From positions 1 through 59,091 of IMG/VR virus record IMGVR_UViG_3300035673_000004: 59,091 nt of DNA. The stretch is one strand, 5' to 3'. This document shows, in pieces, positions 54,187-59,091 of this stretch. The stretch comes from a virus. Taxonomy: Duplodnaviria; Caudoviricetes. A program made the translations under genes and the position numbers. A model generated the notes under the pieces. It was not told where the DNA came from. It did no database searches and saw only the letters and a list, made by a program, of their open reading frames with translations. Position 1 is the stretch's first letter. Each line of letters starts with the position of its first letter.

Positions 54187-57100
54187 ATGCCCGTCGTCGT
54201 TACGCAATTGATCGTCGATTCCAGCGGTGCCAAAGTTGGCGTCGCCGAATTCGAAGCCGCTATGGCCAAAGCGAAAGCTGCGGCTGTGGATGGCGGAGTC
54301 GCGACCGCAACGGCGTTTGAGAAAGCGCAGCAGCGCTGGAATAATTCGCTTGCCGCGACCGATCCACTCATCAAAGCGCAGATTGCACAAGCCCAGGCGA
54401 TGGCGCGGCAACAGAATATCAATGTCGATGCTGAGAAGTTAGGTATCACCACTAGGGAAGCCGCGGCAGCGCAGCTCGACAAGGTAAGGCAAAAACACGA
54501 CGCGATTATTCAGACAGTTCGCGAGCAAACCGGACAGCTTGCGGGGAATGAAAAGGCTTGGCTCGGGCTAAAGAACGCAACGTCCGGCGTGTCTGGGCAG
54601 CTTATCGCATTGAGTGCTGGGGCTGGTCCGGTTGGCGTCTTTTTATCTGCCCTAGGGCCTTGGGGGATTGCTGCTGCGGTCGGGATCGGTGCAATATCCG
54701 CAGCCATCAATCACATGATCTCGGAAGCAAACCGGATGGGAGACGGCGCTATCGCTATGCGCACCTTCTCCGAAACCACCGGTCTATCCATCAGTCAATT
54801 AAAAACCCTTGGCAGGGCTGGCGCAGAGTTTGGTGTCGGCACCGACACCATTACTTCAAGTATCGATAAATTCACTATCAACCTGGATGAGGCCCGCACA
54901 AGCAGCGGTAAGCTTTACGATGCAGTTAGGTTGATAGATGCCGATCTTGCGAAAGAACTCGCGGCGACAACGACGACTGCGCAGGGCTGGGACGTTCTGG
55001 CGCGGGCGAGGGCCATAGCGTCCGATCAATCGAAGAACGCACTTTCAAAGGCGGCTTTTAACAAGGGTGGCCTAGAAACCGGACTTGTTCTCGATGTAAC
55101 GGCAGAGGCTGGCGGACTTGATGTTTTGGTGGCGAAACAACAAAAGCTTAACGGGCTTACTGACGAGCAGATCAAGAAGTGGGCGCTGACAAAGGTCCAG
55201 ATTGACGAGGCGCAAAAGCGCACCGCTAACTTGATGGCAAGCACTTATTCGCAAGAGGTTCTCGATAGGCAATTGCAGGCTGCCCAATTGGAGGAGCGGA
55301 TTACCCGCGCGGTGATAGCCGCTGCTTCTGGACGGAAGAAGTATTCCGATCTGCTTTCGGAATCCATCGATACAAATCCATCGACTCCGCGCGAGACTGC
55401 AACAGCAAATTTAACGGCCGCGTTTTCGACGGAACAAAGGCCGGACTTTTCCGGCTACGACGCGATGGCAAAAAAATTATGGGAGGTTGTTGACGCCGAA
55501 AAGGCGGAACAGGACCAAAAGAAGAAGACGCGCGATGCTGCGGTCAGCGCCGCCAACCTTATGAAAGAAGAGATTGGATACCTCGGGTCTGCCGCTACCG
55601 CAGACGAGCGATTGACCCTTCGACTGAAAGAGCTACTCGCCGCGCGCCTCAGTAATACCGCCTCTCAAGAGATCTACAATCGCGCAATTGCGGCCGCAAC
55701 TCTTGATACCGCCATAGCAAAGCAGAGCGCTCACAACGCCGTTTTGGGCGGTGCGGCATCCGTAACCGATATAATGGCGGACAAACTTAATACGCTCGCT
55801 AAGGCGAGACAGCAGGACTCAACGCTAACCGACGCACAGATTGCCAACTCGGCACGTCTCGCGCGCGAGCAGGCGACTGGTGTGGCCGTCGTGAACGCGC
55901 AGATCGATGCCATCAAGATTCAGGGTGGCGCCATGGGTCTAACTGCCGGCGCGGCGGCGGAATACACTATCATGGAAACACGCCGCCTAGAGAATGAACG
56001 GCTAGGCCGGAAGGATGACGACGAGTCCACGCGAGCGCTGAAGGAACGCGCCGCCGCGTTGCGTGCTGTCATTGAGGCGAGACCGGAAAGCGCCGTTACA
56101 GAATGGAAGAACTACATCTCCGTTATCGGTTCTGCCGCTACTCCGCAAGAGAGGCTGAACGCAGCAATCTCCGAACTAACCCTTAAGGCCAAGGAGGCCG
56201 GCCGAGAGGGCCCGCAACTTGCTAGAGGCATTGCGGCGCTGATAACTGACAATGTAATCGCCCTTCAGAACGCTCATAATGCAGCGCTGGGTCAGTCAGC
56301 AACCATAACGGACATCGTAACAGCGAAGACTTTAGAGCTTAAGAACGCGCAACAGCAAGGCGCCGGCATTACCGATGCACAAATAGCATCTCAAGCTAAG
56401 CTGACGGAATCTCAATTACTCGGCACATTCCAGATCGACGCGCAGACCGCCGCGGAGAAAGTGAAAACCGCAACGCTCTTTATGTCAGAGCAGGCCGCGA
56501 TTTCGTACACAATCGTTCAGACAAAAATCAACGAAGCCATCGCTGCAGGGAGACCTCTCACCGCAGACCAAGTCTCCGATTTGCAAAAATCCGCGGACGG
56601 CTTCGCGAGAGCAAAGACGCGGGGCGATCTCTATGCAGACACCCTTCAAACCTTGAAGCAGGGCTACAGCGAAGTCGGCAAAGCTGCCTTCAGTGCCGCG
56701 CTTCAGGGCAAGCTGGGTATGGACGGCCTCATTTCCACTCTGGATAACGTCGCGAAAAAACTTTCCGACAAAGCCTTTGACAATCTCACGAGTCTTGATC
56801 CGGAGAAAATGCTTGTCGGCGTGGTGCAGGCCGGCGCGTCGGCGTTGATATCTGCGTTCACTGGAGACCAAAAAGCAAAGCAGGAACTCCAGAAGGCTCA
56901 GCAGGCATGGGCTGCGATGGCGGCGCAGGTCGTGAACTTTAATCTCGCCGCGAAAGGTTTCAGTCTCGGTCCGCTCACGAACGAATTGCAGTCTCTCTAC
57001 AATACCTCGAAGCAACTGCAGGACGCGGCGTTGAAAGCCAAGGATGCCGGCGGTGCTTCCTCGGCGGCGAATTCCTTTAACAGCGCGGTTGAGCGGATAT

Positions 57101-58935
57101 GGACCGAATTCAAAACCGGCAACCAGGTCCTGACGCCGCTGCAGCAGCAGATGAAAACGGTCAACGACGAAGCGCAGGGCTTGAAGGAGACGCTATCGGA
57201 GATCGGGTTTTCGGGTCGTGCCGCAGCGATCGATGGGATTCTCAGCCAGCAGATGGCTGATCTTGTCGCGAAATTCCATGACACGTTTATCTCCGGTCTC
57301 ACGACGCGATTGAACGCGGCGAAGGGGCAGGGCTTCCTCAACGATACCGCGAATCTACTTTTGCAGCATGCGCAAGACTTGGCGAATGTGAAGGACCTCG
57401 GCAACGACCCGACGCTGCTGTCTCAGGTGTCAACGACGTTCCACGCCGAGGCGCAAAAGATCGTCGATGATGCGCAGCTTGTCGGGACGGCGTTCACAGA
57501 CTTCACAACGCAAATCCCGATACTGAAAGACGTCGTTCACGAATTCACGGCGAGCGCTGTAACCGATGCGAAAGCGCTGCAGGACGCGCAAAACAGCGCC
57601 GCGAAGGGCGTCACGGATTACCTGAATGGCCTTGTCGCAGGTCAGGGTTCGACGCAATCCCCGCTCAACACACTCGCCAGCGCACAGACGCTGTATCAGG
57701 CCAATCTCCCGCTTGCGCAGTCCGGCAACGTCGACGCGCAAAACAAGTTCGGGTCGCTTGCCGACAATTTGGAAAAGGCGGCCCGCGTCGTCTACGCAAG
57801 CGGGCAGGGCTACCAGGATATCAAAAACCAGATCATCAACCAGGGCCTCAACCTTCCCGCAGTACAGGCGACGACAGATCCTGTGACGCAAGCGGTGCGT
57901 GATGCGATTACGGCAATCCAGATCGGAAATGCTGCGATCACCGCAGGAAACTTCAGCAACGAGAATTTGAACGGCGCGCTGATCAGCGGGGTTGGCGCGA
58001 CCATCAACTCATTGAATGGTGGGATACTTCCCGCGGTGAATGCTGGTAACGCCACGGCCGTCGCCAATGCTCTAAAGTTTTATTTCGATCAGATCGACCC
58101 GACGGGAAAACTAGGTTCGATCATCACGAATACCGGGCCCCTTGGCGGCATCGCGACGAACACGGGCACGACGGCGACCAATACCGGCACGACCGCAACA
58201 AATGCGGGTACCGCCGCAACCAATACCGGCAATACAACCACCGCGATCAGCGGAGCGCAGGGGACGAACGCCATCTTGGCGCTGCTGAATTCAGCGCTCA
58301 ATCCAAATCTTGTGGATGTCCCGGTCACGGACAGTGTGGGGCATACCATCGGCACCACCACGACCTACACCTCTACGCTGGTGCACCTCAATAACCAGGC
58401 CGTAACAGCATTAAACAAAATCGTTTTCAATACTTACGCTATAGCATCGAACACGAACATCGGCCGAGACACCGCGAGCAACAAGTTGGGTGTATACGCC
58501 ATGGGCGGCTTGATCACTGGCGCTGGCACCGGCACCTCTGATTCCATCCGCGCGATGCTGTCGAACCGCGAGTTCGTCATCCAGAATGCTGCGGTTGAAA
58601 AGTTCGGCGTCGGCTTCTTCGATCAACTGAACGCCGGCATCATGCCGCGCGCCATTGGCAATGATAATCTTCGGCCCATCAATGTTGCCCCCGTCATTCG
58701 AGGCGGCGGCGGTAATGCCGATCTGATCGCGGCGATAGCGCGCCTTGAGGCGCGCTTGGATCGGATCGAAGGCAACACGGGCAGGACCGTGAACGCCGTT
58801 GTTGGCGGCTCGAACCTGGTTGCAAAGACGGTCGACAAGTCCGGCAAGGATAACGTTGAGGCGACGAAGAGCAGCGGTGTGGCTCTGCGAGCTGAGATGA
58901 GGATGCGGCGCCGCAATCAGCGGGACGCTGCGTGA
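54187..58935 (+). CDS. Tail tape measure protein
   Basis: 1582 aa, Ala/Gln-rich helical; C-terminal YAMGGLITGAGTGTSDSIRAMLSNREFVI. Confidence 0.95.
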   Translation: MPVVVTQLIVDSSGAKVGVAEFEAAMAKAKAAAVDGGVATATAFEKAQQRWNNSLAATDPLIKAQIAQAQAMARQQNINVDAEKLGITTREAAAAQLDKVRQKHDAIIQTVREQTGQLAGNEKAWLGLKNATSGVSGQLIALSAGAGPVGVFLSALGPWGIAAAVGIGAISAAINHMISEANRMGDGAIAMRTFSETTGLSISQLKTLGRAGAEFGVGTDTITSSIDKFTINLDEARTSSGKLYDAVRLIDADLAKELAATTTTAQGWDVLARARAIASDQSKNALSKAAFNKGGLETGLVLDVTAEAGGLDVLVAKQQKLNGLTDEQIKKWALTKVQIDEAQKRTANLMASTYSQEVLDRQLQAAQLEERITRAVIAAASGRKKYSDLLSESIDTNPSTPRETATANLTAAFSTEQRPDFSGYDAMAKKLWEVVDAEKAEQDQKKKTRDAAVSAANLMKEEIGYLGSAATADERLTLRLKELLAARLSNTASQEIYNRAIAAATLDTAIAKQSAHNAVLGGAASVTDIMADKLNTLAKARQQDSTLTDAQIANSARLAREQATGVAVVNAQIDAIKIQGGAMGLTAGAAAEYTIMETRRLENERLGRKDDDESTRALKERAAALRAVIEARPESAVTEWKNYISVIGSAATPQERLNAAISELTLKAKEAGREGPQLARGIAALITDNVIALQNAHNAALGQSATITDIVTAKTLELKNAQQQGAGITDAQIASQAKLTESQLLGTFQIDAQTAAEKVKTATLFMSEQAAISYTIVQTKINEAIAAGRPLTADQVSDLQKSADGFARAKTRGDLYADTLQTLKQGYSEVGKAAFSAALQGKLGMDGLISTLDNVAKKLSDKAFDNLTSLDPEKMLVGVVQAGASALISAFTGDQKAKQELQKAQQAWAAMAAQVVNFNLAAKGFSLGPLTNELQSLYNTSKQLQDAALKAKDAGGASSAANSFNSAVERIWTEFKTGNQVLTPLQQQMKTVNDEAQGLKETLSEIGFSGRAAAIDGILSQQMADLVAKFHDTFISGLTTRLNAAKGQGFLNDTANLLLQHAQDLANVKDLGNDPTLLSQVSTTFHAEAQKIVDDAQLVGTAFTDFTTQIPILKDVVHEFTASAVTDAKALQDAQNSAAKGVTDYLNGLVAGQGSTQSPLNTLASAQTLYQANLPLAQSGNVDAQNKFGSLADNLEKAARVVYASGQGYQDIKNQIINQGLNLPAVQATTDPVTQAVRDAITAIQIGNAAITAGNFSNENLNGALISGVGATINSLNGGILPAVNAGNATAVANALKFYFDQIDPTGKLGSIITNTGPLGGIATNTGTTATNTGTTATNAGTAATNTGNTTTAISGAQGTNAILALLNSALNPNLVDVPVTDSVGHTIGTTTTYTSTLVHLNNQAVTALNKIVFNTYAIASNTNIGRDTASNKLGVYAMGGLITGAGTGTSDSIRAMLSNREFVIQNAAVEKFGVGFFDQLNAGIMPRAIGNDNLRPINVAPVIRGGGGNADLIAAIARLEARLDRIEGNTGRTVNAVVGGSNLVAKTVDKSGKDNVEATKSSGVALRAEMRMRRRNQRDAA

Positions 58936-59091
58936 TGTTCAAAATCTCTGCTTCCGTGCTTGCGTCGTTGCGAGCCGGCAACTCCTCGGCTCTTACCTCT
59001 GACGACGCAAAAGAAGTCGCGCGCTACATCGATACGCTCGCGGAATTAGAGGGTGTGCCTGAATTACTTCAGGCGACGTTCGACGAAGTCA
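58935..59091 (+). CDS. Phage protein, 3' truncated by window
   Basis: TGATG coupling to tape measure; open to window end. Confidence 0.5.
   Translation, partial: MFKISASVLASLRAGNSSALTSDDAKEVARYIDTLAELEGVPELLQATFDEV

Larger units (their letters stand above)
1647..59091. mobile_element. Lambdoid/HK97-like temperate siphovirus prophage integrated at tRNA-Trp (right end beyond window)
   Basis: Integrase abutting the tRNA 3' end, cI/cro switch, replication, terminase, portal, capsid, tail and tape measure genes in lambdoid order. Confidence 0.97.

Overview
The first ~1.65 kb is host chromosome of an alphaproteobacterium (Bradyrhizobiaceae/Rhizobiales-like by gene content, an inference): the 3' end of tuf, two small exported-protein genes and tRNA-Trp(CCA). 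The rest is the left ~57 kb of a lambdoid, HK97-fold siphovirus prophage integrated at the tRNA-Trp 3' end; attR, tail tip and lysis genes are outside the window. Gene order: integrase/excisionase, leftward early operon, immunity region (cI/cro with TACCC-N6-GGGTA operators), rightward early operon (DnaA-IV, GcrA-like and OmpR-type DNA-binding domains, DUF5131, three DNA methyltransferases, ParB-like protein, replication initiator), HNH-terminase-portal-head genes, tail genes and tape measure. Most notable observations: (1) two paralogous HK97-type capsid genes; (2) a SAM-methyltransferase/glycosyltransferase fusion inside the head operon; (3) an antisense, apparently leaderless and autoregulated AEP-primase-like + XRE-HTH cassette in the head-tail region; (4) a non-coding G(G/T)Y-NN pentamer array closed by a hairpin; (5) a C5 methyltransferase split over two nested same-strand frames; (6) a 27-bp palindromic insertion with an 8-bp target duplication inside a gutted NUMOD4-HNH gene. 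Several frameshifts suggest early prophage decay or sequencing error. All calls come from motif recognition by eye; no database searches were run.
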